Shown in pieces: positions 28,177 through 42,824 of a stretch of DNA of 64,000 nucleotides. Position numbers and translations under genes: made by a program. Source of the stretch: Bacillota bacterium. Its GTDB lineage: Bacteria; Bacillota; Clostridia; Acetivibrionales; JAMNYG01. The notes beneath the pieces were generated by a model. That model worked only from the letters and a program-made list of their open reading frames with translations. It had not been told where the DNA came from and did not search any database. Within the stretch, counting starts at the first letter, position 1. Each line of letters opens with the position of its first letter. Location of the stretch: assembly GCA_023622945.1 (NCBI GenBank), contig JAMNYG010000187.1, forward strand, positions 3,940 through 67,939, given 5' to 3'.

Positions 28177-29443
28177 AGGAGGCATTGTTGTAGACCCGGA
28201 TCAGGGAATAAATGATGTGATGGACATATTGGTGGATGAAGGGAAAATAATCAGCATAGGCAAAAATTTGGATCACACCGGTTGTAAAGTAATTAATGCT
28301 TCCGGAATGCATGTTCTGCCGGGTCTTGTTGATGCCCATTGCCATTTGCGTGATCCGGGATATGAGTATAAAGAAGATATTGAAAGCGGAACAAAAAGTG
28401 CAGCGGCAGGAGGATTCACTTCCATAGCCTGCATGCCCAATACAAATCCTGTTACAGACAATGAATCGGTGATAAGGTATATACAATCAAAAGCAAAAAC
28501 CAGGGGACTGGTGAATGTATATCCCGTAGGAAGTATCACAAAAGGCATGAAGGGCGAAGAACTGTCCGAAATGGGAGAGCTTAAGCTGGCTGGGGCGGTA
28601 GCGGTGTCCGATGACGGAAAGCCCGTAGTCAGTTCTTCTCTCATGAAAAAAGCCCTTCAGTATGCTTCCATGTTTGGCCTTCTTGTAATATCCCATTGCG
28701 AGGACCTGGACCTTGCGGAAGAAGGCGTCATTAATGAAGGGTATAATTCGACGGTTATGGGTCTTAAAGGCATTCCGTCGGCTGCTGAAGAAATTGCCGT
28801 TGCAAGGGATATCATACTTGCGGAATATACGGAAGCCAGGATACACATAGCCCATGTCAGCACAGAGCTTTCGGTTGAGCTGATAAGACATGCCAAAAAC
28901 AGGGGAGTTAAGGTTACCGCTGAGACCTGTCCCCATTATTTCTCCCTTACCGATGACGCCTGCAGAGACTACAACACTCTTGCAAAAGTAAACCCACCCC
29001 TCAGAACACAAAAGGATGTGGAAGCCGTCATCCGGGGACTTAAGGACGGCACCATAGATATAATTGCAACAGACCATGCCCCGCATCATATGGATGAAAA
29101 GAATGTAGAGTTTAACTTTGCTGCCAACGGAATTTCAGGGTTTGAAACGGCTTTCTCCCTGGCTGTTACTTACCTTGTTAAACCGGGTCATCTGAGCATA
29201 GATGAGGTTGTAAACAAAATGAGCCTTATGCCTTCAAAAATTCTTGGTTTAAATAAAGGAACCCTGAAAACAGGCAGTCCTGCCGACATAACAATAGTTG
29301 ATCTTAACCGGGAATTTACTGTAGATGTTTCCAGATTTAAATCCAGGGGAAAAAACTCTCCCTTTAACGGATTCAGATTAACCGGAACTGTTGCTTGCAC
29401 AATTGTGGGGGGAAAAATACAATATGATGCCGGAAATGAGTAA
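28160..29443 (+). CDS. pyrC: dihydroorotase
   Basis: [15 protein letters not shown] and ATDHAPH metal-binding motifs, 427 aa. Confidence 0.9.
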   Translation: MKLLIRGGIVVDPDQGINDVMDILVDEGKIISIGKNLDHTGCKVINASGMHVLPGLVDAHCHLRDPGYEYKEDIESGTKSAAAGGFTSIACMPNTNPVTDNESVIRYIQSKAKTRGLVNVYPVGSITKGMKGEELSEMGELKLAGAVAVSDDGKPVVSSSLMKKALQYASMFGLLVISHCEDLDLAEEGVINEGYNSTVMGLKGIPSAAEEIAVARDIILAEYTEARIHIAHVSTELSVELIRHAKNRGVKVTAETCPHYFSLTDDACRDYNTLAKVNPPLRTQKDVEAVIRGLKDGTIDIIATDHAPHHMDEKNVEFNFAANGISGFETAFSLAVTYLVKPGHLSIDEVVNKMSLMPSKILGLNKGTLKTGSPADITIVDLNREFTVDVSRFKSRGKNSPFNGFRLTGTVACTIVGGKIQYDAGNE

Positions 29444-29454
29444 GGAGATGCAGG

Positions 29455-30408
29455 ATGTTTATAGACAGGCTTATTGAAAAAATCAAAAGCAAAAACAATC
29501 CTTCGGTGATCGGCCTTGATCCCAGGCCGGAATTCATACCCATGCATATAAGAAAAAAGGCATATGCCGAATATGGGGAAAACCTTCTCGGTGCAGCAAG
29601 GTCGATGGCAATATTCAACAAAAAAATAATAGACGCCGTATGGGACATAGTACCTGCAGTAAAACTTCAGCTTGCCTGTTATGAAGCCTTTGGAATTGAA
29701 GGCCTTAAAGCATATTCAGAAACCGTAGAATATGCGCGTAAGAAAGGTCTTGTGGTAATAGCCGACGCAAAGAGAAATGATATAGGAAGTACCGCGGAAG
29801 CTTATTCAAAAGCATATCTCGGAAAAGTGACCATAGAAGGGAATTCATTGTCCGGAGGCTTTGATGCAGATGCCGTTACAGTCAACCCTTATTTGGGTTT
29901 TGATGGAATAAAACCTTTTATAGATGACTGCAAAAAATATGACAAGGGGATATTTATACTTGTAAAGACCTCAAATAAAAGCTCCGGACAGATTCAGGAC
30001 CTGATACTTAAAGACGGCAGAAGGCTGTACGAAGAAATTGCCCGACTGGTAGACCAATGGGGAGAGGAACTGACGGGTACATTTGGCTACAGCAGTGTTT
30101 GTGCGGTGGTGGGCGCTACCTATCCTGCCCAGGCAGAAATATTAAGAAAAATCATGAAAAGAGCGTATATACTTGTTCCGGGCTACGGCGCCCAGGGAGG
30201 CACCGCAAATGATGCTGCATGCTCGTTTTGTCCCGACGGGCTGGGGGCTGTTGTAAATGCATCAAGAAGCATAATGTGCGCCTGGAAATCGAACCTTTGG
30301 AGTGACAGGTTTGATGAATTCAGTTTTAATGAAGCTGCAAGGGCTGAAGCCATAAGGATGAGGGATGATATAAACCTTGCGGTTAAGAGGCGCTTTTCCG
30401 GAAGTTGA
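29455..30408 (+). CDS. pyrF: orotidine-5'-phosphate decarboxylase (long, type-2 form)
   Basis: GLDPRPE, IADAKRNDIGSTA and PGYGAQGG motifs. 317 aa. Confidence 0.85.
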   Translation: MFIDRLIEKIKSKNNPSVIGLDPRPEFIPMHIRKKAYAEYGENLLGAARSMAIFNKKIIDAVWDIVPAVKLQLACYEAFGIEGLKAYSETVEYARKKGLVVIADAKRNDIGSTAEAYSKAYLGKVTIEGNSLSGGFDADAVTVNPYLGFDGIKPFIDDCKKYDKGIFILVKTSNKSSGQIQDLILKDGRRLYEEIARLVDQWGEELTGTFGYSSVCAVVGATYPAQAEILRKIMKRAYILVPGYGAQGGTANDAACSFCPDGLGAVVNASRSIMCAWKSNLWSDRFDEFSFNEAARAEAIRMRDDINLAVKRRFSGS

Positions 30409-30467
30409 GTTAAGAAATGCGTTACTTTTCAGGATGGATTATTGGTAAAAGTTTAATGGAGGAATAT

Positions 30468-31271
30468 ATGGCAAAAGCTTTGAAAGAAAAGGTATTATCT
30501 TTAAAAATGCTTTCCCATTCGGTATTCAGAATGTCCATAGAGTCTGAATATATAAGCAGTACAGCTTTGCCGGGCCAGTTTGTAAACATAAAATGCGGCG
30601 ACGGAATAAATAACATTTTAAGAAGACCCATAAGCATATGCGGTGTAGACAGACAAAAGGGAACCTTTGACATTGCATTCCAGGTAAGAGGCAAGGGAAC
30701 GCGGTTGCTTTCTGAATATTCCGGGGAAGATCTTATAGATTTGACAGGGCCTCTTGGAAACTCATTCTCATTGCCTCATACATTAATACCTCAAAAGCAT
30801 TCAAAAGTTGCCGCGGTGGGAGGAGGAATAGGAATATTCCCCCTGCTTTTTCTACTAAAGGAAATGAACAATGCAGAAAAACATGCTTACCTGGGATTCA
30901 GAGACTGCCGGTCCATGGTTATGGTTGAAGATTTCAGGGAAGTTACGGATAAGCTTCTGATATCAACCGATGATGGAAGTGCAGGGTATAAGGGCGCAGT
31001 TACCGACTTGTTTGAACAGCATATAAAAACGTGGGACAAGCCCGATATCATATATGCGTGCGGTCCTGTCCCAATGCTCAGAAAAATTGTCTCCATAGCC
31101 CAGGCCCATGATATAATGTGTCAAGTATCCATGGAACAGAGGATGGGATGCGGTATCGGAGCATGTCTGGTATGCGTGTGCGCCACCAGGCAGGACGACG
31201 GTTGGAAATACAGCCGGGTGTGCAAGGACGGACCTGTTTTCTGGGGGCAGGATGTAATATTTGAAGAGTAG
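30468..31271 (+). CDS. pyrK: dihydroorotate dehydrogenase electron-transfer subunit
   Basis: FAD/NAD-binding ferredoxin-reductase fold (RRPISI) and a C-terminal 2Fe-2S cluster motif CGIGACLVCVC...C. The internal ATG at 30468 (MAKALKEK) is preferred. Confidence 0.85.
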   Translation: MAKALKEKVLSLKMLSHSVFRMSIESEYISSTALPGQFVNIKCGDGINNILRRPISICGVDRQKGTFDIAFQVRGKGTRLLSEYSGEDLIDLTGPLGNSFSLPHTLIPQKHSKVAAVGGGIGIFPLLFLLKEMNNAEKHAYLGFRDCRSMVMVEDFREVTDKLLISTDDGSAGYKGAVTDLFEQHIKTWDKPDIIYACGPVPMLRKIVSIAQAHDIMCQVSMEQRMGCGIGACLVCVCATRQDDGWKYSRVCKDGPVFWGQDVIFEE

Positions 31272-31337
31272 GAATGTAAAACAGAAAGTTTTCCTGAAAA
31301 TCATGTAAAATAGATTTAGAAAGGCATGGAAAGGAAA

Positions 31338-32255
31338 ATGGCTCAGGTTTCACTGGCAACAAACATCGCAGGAATAAAACTGAAAAATCCTGTTATAGCG
31401 GCTTCGGGTACATTCGGTTTCGGCAGGGAGTTTGCAGAATTTATAGATTTAAACAAACTTGGAGGTATCTCGGTTAAAGGACTTAAGCTCAGACCCACCC
31501 GGGGGAATAAGCCTCCCAGGATCGCTGAAACCCCTGCAGGAATACTGAACAGCGTGGGACTCCAAAACCCGGGCATAGAAGCTTTTATAAAAGATGAACT
31601 TCCTTTTTTAAGGCAATATGACACAGCCATCATAGCGAACATTGCAGGAGATACCGTTGAAGAGTATTGTGAGATGGCAAGGATGCTTGATGATACAGAG
31701 ATTGACGCTATAGAGCTTAACGTATCATGCCCCAATGTAAAATCAGGAGGCGCTGCTTTTGGAAGCTCTCCCGGGGCTGTCTCTGAAATAACATCGAGGG
31801 TTAAGGCCTGTTGCAGTCACCCCCTGATAGTAAAGCTCACGCCTAATGTGACAGATATAGCAGAAATAGCCATGGCTGCCGAGGCATCCGGGGCAGATGC
31901 CATATCCCTCATCAATACGGTGCTTGGAATGGCAATAGACATACACAAAAGAAAGCCTGTGCTGGGAAACATTGTGGGAGGGCTTTCAGGACCTGCCATA
32001 AAGCCTGTTGCCGTCAGGATGGTGTACGAGGTATCAAAATCGGTAAGAATCCCCGTAATAGGCATGGGAGGAATTTTCTCTGGGGAGGATGCCGTTGAAT
32101 TTATGCTGGCTGGAGCCAGTGCAGTAATGGTGGGCACTGCCAATCTGGTAAATCCTTTTGCCTGCCTGGAAGTGATCAAAGGCATAGAAGAATACATGGA
32201 AATGTATAATTACAGACATGTTAATGAAATAATAGGAAAACTGGACACAGCTTAA
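31338..32255 (+). CDS. pyrD: dihydroorotate dehydrogenase 1B catalytic subunit
   Basis: [14 protein letters not shown] and GGI.SGEDA motifs. Paired with pyrK. Confidence 0.9.
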   Translation: MAQVSLATNIAGIKLKNPVIAASGTFGFGREFAEFIDLNKLGGISVKGLKLRPTRGNKPPRIAETPAGILNSVGLQNPGIEAFIKDELPFLRQYDTAIIANIAGDTVEEYCEMARMLDDTEIDAIELNVSCPNVKSGGAAFGSSPGAVSEITSRVKACCSHPLIVKLTPNVTDIAEIAMAAEASGADAISLINTVLGMAIDIHKRKPVLGNIVGGLSGPAIKPVAVRMVYEVSKSVRIPVIGMGGIFSGEDAVEFMLAGASAVMVGTANLVNPFACLEVIKGIEEYMEMYNYRHVNEIIGKLDTA

Positions 32256-32270
32256 AGCAGGAGGTATCAA

Positions 32271-32969
32271 ATGAAAACGCGGCTTATTTTTGTCCGGCAT
32301 GCGGAAGCCGAAGGCAATTTCAAAAGAATATTTCAGGGATGGACTGACGGTGAACTGACTGAAAAAGGACATATTCAGGCTCAATTGGTAGCTGAAAGGC
32401 TTAAAAACTGGGAAATTGACGTTATCTACTCCAGCTCACTGAAAAGGACCATGCAAACAGCATATTATATATCCCGGGTGAAAAATCTTCCCATCATCAG
32501 AACGGACAAGCTTAAGGAAATAAACGGCGGAGACTGGGAAGGAAGGCCATGGGAAGAACTCCCGTTAAAATGGCCGTTTGAGTATGACACATGGGAAAAC
32601 AAGCCTCATATTCACAAGATGCCTAACGGGGAGTCCATGGAGGGATTCCAGAAGCGTGTGATGGATGAGGTCCTGTACATCATTAAAAATAACGAAGGCA
32701 AAAACATTTGCATTGTAACCCACGGAACTGTTATAAAATCCCTGATATGCTATTTCAGGGGATGCAGCCTGGAAGAAATGGTCAATATACCCTGGTGCGA
32801 CAACACGGCAATAACGGTTATCGATTATGAAGATGGCAGGTTTTCCATTATAACCGAAGGTGACGCATCTCACCTGGAAGGCAGCCTTAGTACATTACAG
32901 AACCAGGATTGGTGGTTTGAGGACCTAAAGAAGATTCAGAACCAAAAATCGATGGAAAAAACTGAATAA
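32271..32969 (+). CDS. histidine phosphatase family protein (phosphoglycerate-mutase-like)
   Basis: The catalytic RHG-type N-terminus LIFVRHAEAEGN, plus a downstream THG (VTHGTVI). Confidence 0.8.
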   Translation: MKTRLIFVRHAEAEGNFKRIFQGWTDGELTEKGHIQAQLVAERLKNWEIDVIYSSSLKRTMQTAYYISRVKNLPIIRTDKLKEINGGDWEGRPWEELPLKWPFEYDTWENKPHIHKMPNGESMEGFQKRVMDEVLYIIKNNEGKNICIVTHGTVIKSLICYFRGCSLEEMVNIPWCDNTAITVIDYEDGRFSIITEGDASHLEGSLSTLQNQDWWFEDLKKIQNQKSMEKTE

Positions 32970-32999
32970 TCGGGTTTATCGCCCATAGGAGGAATGGAA

Positions 33000-37456
<4,457 letters not shown>

Positions 37457-37512
37457 GCAACAGGCCGGCATTGCTTCAGGCATAAATTTACCTGTTGTGC
37501 CTCCAGAAGCAG

Positions 37513-37585
37513 GGGAAATGATATGCGATGTTGTAGTCTCTGCAGGCATCATCTGTGATGTAACAGCCTCTGCATATCATTTCCC
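37513..37585 (+). other. long hairpin: 14-bp perfect inverted repeat with a 45-nt loop, then TTTTA
   Basis: GGGAAATGATATGC (37513-37526) pairs with GCATATCATTTCCC (37572-37585). It lies 57 nt downstream of the PFOR stop. Confidence 0.5.
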
Positions 37586-37590
37586 TTTTA

Positions 37591-37688
37591 GCAGCTTAAT
37601 ACTGACAATTCATGTTGACAGCATGATGTTGATAATATGATTTTGATAGCCTAATATTGACAGCTTAATATTGATAACCTAATATTAA
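37591..37688. repeat. degenerate tandem repeat, ~14-16 nt unit (GAYARCYTAATATT) x~6
   Basis: gcagcttaatactgacaa.../gttgacagcatgat/gttgataatatgatttt/gatagcctaatatt/gacagcttaatatt/gataacctaatatt. Confidence 0.7.
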
Positions 37689-37730
37689 AAACACAAAGGC
37701 CCGTTTTACAGGAACCTTTGTGTTTTTTCT
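37688..37730. terminator. bidirectional rho-independent terminator (PFOR on +, DUF3787-like gene on -)
   Basis: aaaaACACAAAGG-15 nt-CCTTTGTGTtttttct, with an A-run on the left and a T-run on the right. Confidence 0.8.
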
Positions 37731-37739
37731 TAAATTCCG

Positions 37740-37907
37740 CTATTTTTGATTGGCGTCCACGTAATCCTTTGCATCGCGTACGTGGCTCTCGCTAGGTATT
37801 GTGACTTTGGAACCCGGCTTCATTTTCTCCACATTTGCCCAGGCTGCGGTATCGTGTTTCTCAATGGGCCTTGCCATACAACGTTCTTTTGATTTATTGT
37901 CGGCCAT
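37740..37907 (-). CDS. small DUF3787-like protein (55 aa)
   Basis: Below the 60-aa cutoff of the ORF track. Reverse-strand ATG (complement of 37905-37907) after GGAGGG. Translation: MADNKSKERCMARPIEKHDTAAWANVEKMKPGSKVTIPSESHVRDAKDYVDANQK. The PIEKHDTAAWAN...IPSE...AK.WVD.N core matches my recollection of the clostridial DUF3787 / spore-surface small-protein family. Confidence 0.6.
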   Translation of the reverse strand: MADNKSKERCMARPIEKHDTAAWANVEKMKPGSKVTIPSESHVRDAKDYVDANQK

Positions 37908-38157
37908 GCTATCCCTCCTTTAGAAATATTATTCCGCTTCAGTATCAAAAATTATCAGAACAAAATTTTTTTCAATGGCTTAAAATTTATGCTAAAATGA
38001 TTTGTATCAAGATTATATTTTGTATCAAATCGTAAGGAATAGTATAAAATCAGTTTTCGAATACTAATCACAGTCTTATTTGCCATTGATGGCAACATAT
38101 GTCAATAATAATTATGTGTAAAATTATATGCAAATAACGATAAAAGGAAGTGAAGCA

Positions 38158-39612
38158 TTGAACAGGGATACACAATTAAGAAAAGGTATATATGTTGAAG
38201 CTGAAGAAACTGCAAGACAGAGGCAGTTTATGAACGAGGTCAGGGAAATAAATCATCAGTACGAAACAGAACACGGAAAGAAAAAACTCTATTATATACA
38301 GACATATGGCTGCCAGATGAACGAGAACGATTCAGAAAGACTGGCAGGAATGCTTACCGAAATGGGGTTTGCTGAAGCCCGGGTGAGGGATGAAAGCCAC
38401 CTTATAATATTCAATACATGTTGTGTGCGTGAACATGCCGAATCAAAGGTATACGGCCATCTGGGAGGACTTAAGAAATTAAAGGATGAAAATCCTGATC
38501 TCATCATTGCCGTGTGCGGATGTATGATGCAGCAGCCCGAAGTGGTTGAGCACATAAAAAAGAGTTACAGGCATGTTGACATCATATTCGGAACCCATAA
38601 CCTCCACACATTCCCTGAACTGCTGTACAGGGTTTTGGCTACAGGAAAAACGGTTGTTGATGTATGGGATTCTACCGGCATGATAGCCGAGGACCTGCCA
38701 ATTGAACGCAAAGACGGGGTAAAAGCGTGGGTAACCGTTATGTACGGCTGCAACAACTTCTGCTCATATTGTATAGTCCCTTATGTAAGGGGAAGAGAAA
38801 GAAGCAGGAGCATGGAAAGCATAATTAATGAGGTCAGGATGTTAGGACAACAGGGCTACAAGGAAGTGACACTGTTAGGACAGAATGTCAATTCCTACGG
38901 AAAGGATCTTAATGACGGTACGAGTTTTGCAAAACTTCTGTATGAGCTGAACAAGATTGAACAAATAGAAAGGATCAGGTTTACCACTTCTCACCCTAAG
39001 GATCTCTCAGATGAGCTTATATATGCAATAAGGGATTGCAACAAGGTATGCAAACACCTGCATCTGCCCGTGCAGGCAGGAAGCACAAAAGTGCTTAAGG
39101 AGATGAACAGGAAATATACCAAGGAACAATATCTTGATTTGGTGGACCGGATCAGAAAGAACATACCCGGAATAGCCATTACTACAGACATAATTGTGGG
39201 CTTCCCCGGTGAAACCGAAGAGGACTTCCTTGATACCCTTGATGTTGTGGAAAAAGTCCGTTTTGATTCGGCGTTTACGTTTATGTACTCCAAAAGGACC
39301 GGCACTCCTGCCGCCAAAAGGCCGGACCAGGTGCCTGAAGAAGTCAAAAAGGAAAGATTTGAAAGGCTTCTTGAAGTACAGAACAGGATAAGCAGGGAAA
39401 TAAATGAGCTTCTTTTGGGTACCACCGTCGAGATTCTTGTTGAAGGGCCAAGTAAAAACGACATCAACACTTTTACCGGAAGGACAACCACAAATAAGAT
39501 AGTAAACTTCAAGGGCAACAGGGAATTGATGGGCAAAATAGTAACTGTCAGAATTGACAAGGTACAGACTTTCTCCCTGGAAGGGACTTTGGAAGAAACG
39601 GCTGAAAAATAG
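38158..39612 (+). CDS. miaB: tRNA-i6A37 methylthiotransferase MiaB
   Basis: [15 protein letters not shown], radical-SAM [11 protein letters not shown] and a C-terminal TRAM domain. A TTG at 38158 after AAAGGAAGTG is a plausible start; the track start at 38128 is also possible. Confidence 0.9.
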   Translation: MNRDTQLRKGIYVEAEETARQRQFMNEVREINHQYETEHGKKKLYYIQTYGCQMNENDSERLAGMLTEMGFAEARVRDESHLIIFNTCCVREHAESKVYGHLGGLKKLKDENPDLIIAVCGCMMQQPEVVEHIKKSYRHVDIIFGTHNLHTFPELLYRVLATGKTVVDVWDSTGMIAEDLPIERKDGVKAWVTVMYGCNNFCSYCIVPYVRGRERSRSMESIINEVRMLGQQGYKEVTLLGQNVNSYGKDLNDGTSFAKLLYELNKIEQIERIRFTTSHPKDLSDELIYAIRDCNKVCKHLHLPVQAGSTKVLKEMNRKYTKEQYLDLVDRIRKNIPGIAITTDIIVGFPGETEEDFLDTLDVVEKVRFDSAFTFMYSKRTGTPAAKRPDQVPEEVKKERFERLLEVQNRISREINELLLGTTVEILVEGPSKNDINTFTGRTTTNKIVNFKGNRELMGKIVTVRIDKVQTFSLEGTLEETAEK

Positions 39613-39698
39613 TTCACACCTGTGTGTATGATAAGATTTATAAGTAAAAAATCGATATCTTTCGTCATAATACAAAAAAGCTGAATCGGGGTAAACAT

Positions 39699-40088
39699 AT
39701 GGATATAATTGAAAAGGCAAGGGAATTGGGGCTTCTTATCGCAGAATCAGAAGAAATGCAGGCATACAAAAATGCAGAAGCGGCAGTGGAAAGAGACGAA
39801 AAGGCAAAAGCCCTTTTGAACGAATATAAAATGCTCCAGGTTGAAATGGTGAAGGCCGTTAAGGGAAAAAAAGGGAAAGATGAAGTTGACTCTGTGCGGG
39901 AAAGGCTTTTGTCAAAACAGCAGGAGCTGAATGAGTATGCTGTCACAAAGAAATTCATTGAATCAAAAAACGCTTTCGACAATCTTATAAAAACCGTCAA
40001 TGACGTTATCATATTCTCTGCGACGGGAGAGGAGCCCTGTTCGCCCAGCAGGTGCAGAAGCTGCGGCAAGGGCTGCAGTCAAAAATAA
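39699..40088 (+). CDS. YmcA/YlbF (RicA/RicF)-family regulatory protein with a C-terminal Cys cluster
   Basis: Helical YlbF/YmcA-like sequence (AKELG..I..SEE...Y..AE..V..DE.A..L). C-terminal tail CSPSRCRSCGKGC. Its position between miaB and mutS matches B. subtilis ymcB(miaB)-ymcA...mutS-mutL. Confidence 0.65.
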   Translation: MDIIEKARELGLLIAESEEMQAYKNAEAAVERDEKAKALLNEYKMLQVEMVKAVKGKKGKDEVDSVRERLLSKQQELNEYAVTKKFIESKNAFDNLIKTVNDVIIFSATGEEPCSPSRCRSCGKGCSQK

Positions 40089-40114
40089 TGAGGAAAATAT
40101 TGTGAGGGAAACAA

Positions 40115-42736
40115 ATGTCAACAGTAACTCCAATGATGCAGCAGTATTTGGAAATAAAGGAACAATACAAGGATTGTATCCTTTTTTTCAGACTGGGAGA
40201 TTTTTATGAGATGTTTTTCAAGGATGCCGAAATCGCTTCCAGAGAGCTTGAAATAACTCTTACGGGACGCGATTGCGGTCTTGAAGAAAGGGCTCCCATG
40301 TGCGGCGTGCCTTACCATTCTGCCGATTCTTATATAGCCAGGCTTGTCACCAAGGGATACAAGGTAGCCATATGCGAACAGGTGGAAGATCCAAGCCAGG
40401 CAAAGGGAATAGTAAAGCGGGATGTCATACGCGTTATTACCCCCGGAACGGTTACCGATTCAGCCATGCTCGAAGAAAAGAAAAACAATTATCTTCTTTC
40501 TGTTTACAGGAATAAATATTACTTCGGCCTGGCTTCGGTCGATATATCGACGGGTGAGTTGTCTGCCACCCGTATCATGTGGGGGGATACCGTAAGCAAG
40601 CTTACGGATGAAATAGCAAAAATATCTCCTTCCGAAATCATATCCAACAGCGAATTTTTCAGCGATAAAAAACTTGTGGACACAATAAGAAAGCGATTTG
40701 GCATATACATTTCCCAGTTTGATGACAATTACTATGAAGAGGAGTTTGCCAGGAAAAAAATTGAGTCCAGGTTTGATAAAAAAGCCATTGCCGATAAGTG
40801 CGGAGAGCTGGCAATAAACGCTGTGGGGGCTCTTCTTGAATATCTTGAGGAAACCCAGAAGGTAAACCTTGAGCATATAAGGACCATCACTTCCTACAAT
40901 ATAGAGGATTTCATGGTATTAGACGCAGCAACCAGGCGCAATCTCGAGCTCACCCAAACCATGAGGGAAAATTCAAAAAAAGGCTCACTGCTCTGGGTGC
41001 TGGACAGGACCATGACATCCATGGGAGGAAGAACCATTCGCAAGTGGATAGAGCAGCCCCTGAAGGACGTTTCGGACATTAATGAAAGACTGGATGCAGT
41101 TGAAGAGTTTAAGGAAAAATTCATGGTCCGAATGGAGCTGAGGGAACTGCTGAGGAGAATTTATGATATAGAAAGGCTTATGACCAAAGTCATCTTCGGG
41201 AACGTAAACTGCAGGGACCTCATAGCTCTGAAGAATTCCATAGGACAGCTGCCCCATATAAAAAATATCCTTTCTGGCTGCACCGCTGCAATGAACCGCA
41301 GGAATTACGAGATGCTGGACACCCTGGAAGACATATACAATCTTATAGATGCAGCCATTGTGGATGATCCACCCGTGTCGGTCAGAGAAGGAGGAATAAT
41401 AAAGAAGGGGTACAATCAGGAGGTGGACAGGCTTCGAGAGGCAGCCACCCAGGGCAGAAACTGGATTGCCGAACTTGAAAGGTCAGAAAGGGAGAAGACC
41501 GGAATAAAAAATCTGAAAGTGGGCTATAACAAGGTGTTCGGTTATTACCTGGAAGTTACCAAGTCATATTTTCACCTTGTGCCCGACACCTATATAAGAA
41601 AACAGACCCTTGCAAACTGTGAAAGATTTTTTACACAGGAGCTAAAGGAATTGGAGGAAACCATCCTCGGAGCCGAAGACAAGCTGGTTGAACTGGAATA
41701 TCGGCTTTTTACCGAAATTAGAAGCAGGATAGCAAACGAAATTGCAAGAATAAAAACCACTGCGTCATGCATTGCAGAAACAGATGTGCTCTGTTCCCTT
41801 GCAGAGGTTGCTGACCGTGAGAATTACTGCAAGCCAACGGTTAACGACGGGGAAGAAATATCCATAATTGACGGGCGGCATCCGGTAGTGGAAAAAATGC
41901 TTGAGCAGGAAAACTTTGTGCCAAATGACACTCTTCTTGATATGACCGAAAACAGGCTGTTTATAATAACGGGACCCAACATGGCCGGAAAATCCACATA
42001 CATGAGACAGGTTGCCCTCATTGTACTTATGGCGCAGATGGGAAGTTTTGTGCCTGCCTCTGAGGCAACCATAGGCGTTGTGGACAGAATATTCACCAGG
42101 GTGGGGGCATCGGATGATCTTGCATCAGGACAGAGTACTTTCATGGTTGAGATGTCGGAAGTGGCCAATATACTAAAAAACGCCACCCGGCGCAGCCTTT
42201 TGGTGCTGGACGAGATAGGGAGAGGCACAAGCACATATGACGGATTAAGCATAGCATGGGCGGTTATAGAGTTTATAAGCGACATCAAAAACCTCGGCGC
42301 AAGGACTCTTTTTGCAACCCATTATCACGAGCTTACCGAGCTGGAAGGGAAACTTACCGGTGTTAAAAACTACTGCATATCGGTAAAGGAAGACGGAGAT
42401 GACATAATATTCTTAAGGAAAATAATCCGCGGAGGCGCTGACGGCAGTTACGGGGTACAGGTAGCAAAGCTTGCGGGAATTCCCGACCAGGTAATAGAGC
42501 GCGCAAAGGATATACTTAATCAGCTGGAGGAAGCAAATATCAGCAGGAAAGAAACCGTCAGGAAAAGAAGCAGTAAGCCCATTGAGGGACAGATTGACAT
42601 TTTTGCAGCCTTAAATGTATCCGAAGGTAAAGACGAAATAGTGGAAGAGTTGAAAAAACTTGAAATTTCAAATATTACACCCATTGATGCAATGAATATC
42701 CTGTACAAATTGCAGCAGAAGGCAAGAAACCTGTGA
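40115..42736 (+). CDS. mutS: DNA mismatch repair protein MutS
   Basis: TPMMQQYLEIKEQYKDCILFFRLGDFYEMF, Walker A GPNMAGKST, STFMVEM. Confidence 0.95.
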   Translation: MSTVTPMMQQYLEIKEQYKDCILFFRLGDFYEMFFKDAEIASRELEITLTGRDCGLEERAPMCGVPYHSADSYIARLVTKGYKVAICEQVEDPSQAKGIVKRDVIRVITPGTVTDSAMLEEKKNNYLLSVYRNKYYFGLASVDISTGELSATRIMWGDTVSKLTDEIAKISPSEIISNSEFFSDKKLVDTIRKRFGIYISQFDDNYYEEEFARKKIESRFDKKAIADKCGELAINAVGALLEYLEETQKVNLEHIRTITSYNIEDFMVLDAATRRNLELTQTMRENSKKGSLLWVLDRTMTSMGGRTIRKWIEQPLKDVSDINERLDAVEEFKEKFMVRMELRELLRRIYDIERLMTKVIFGNVNCRDLIALKNSIGQLPHIKNILSGCTAAMNRRNYEMLDTLEDIYNLIDAAIVDDPPVSVREGGIIKKGYNQEVDRLREAATQGRNWIAELERSEREKTGIKNLKVGYNKVFGYYLEVTKSYFHLVPDTYIRKQTLANCERFFTQELKELEETILGAEDKLVELEYRLFTEIRSRIANEIARIKTTASCIAETDVLCSLAEVADRENYCKPTVNDGEEISIIDGRHPVVEKMLEQENFVPNDTLLDMTENRLFIITGPNMAGKSTYMRQVALIVLMAQMGSFVPASEATIGVVDRIFTRVGASDDLASGQSTFMVEMSEVANILKNATRRSLLVLDEIGRGTSTYDGLSIAWAVIEFISDIKNLGARTLFATHYHELTELEGKLTGVKNYCISVKEDGDDIIFLRKIIRGGADGSYGVQVAKLAGIPDQVIERAKDILNQLEEANISRKETVRKRSSKPIEGQIDIFAALNVSEGKDEIVEELKKLEISNITPIDAMNILYKLQQKARNL

Positions 42737-42824
42737 AACGGGAACAAAGGCCGAAGTGACACTTCAGGAAAGAAGCTTACGGAAAGCTGATGGAGGAAGG
42801 TAAAAGGATAATAAAGGAAAAACG

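Noticed and set aside
38991-39720. Two long minus-strand ORFs (235 and 237 aa) opposite miaB
   Set aside because: Both lie antisense to a well-supported MiaB CDS and overlap each other in different frames. Neither has recognisable motifs or an RBS.
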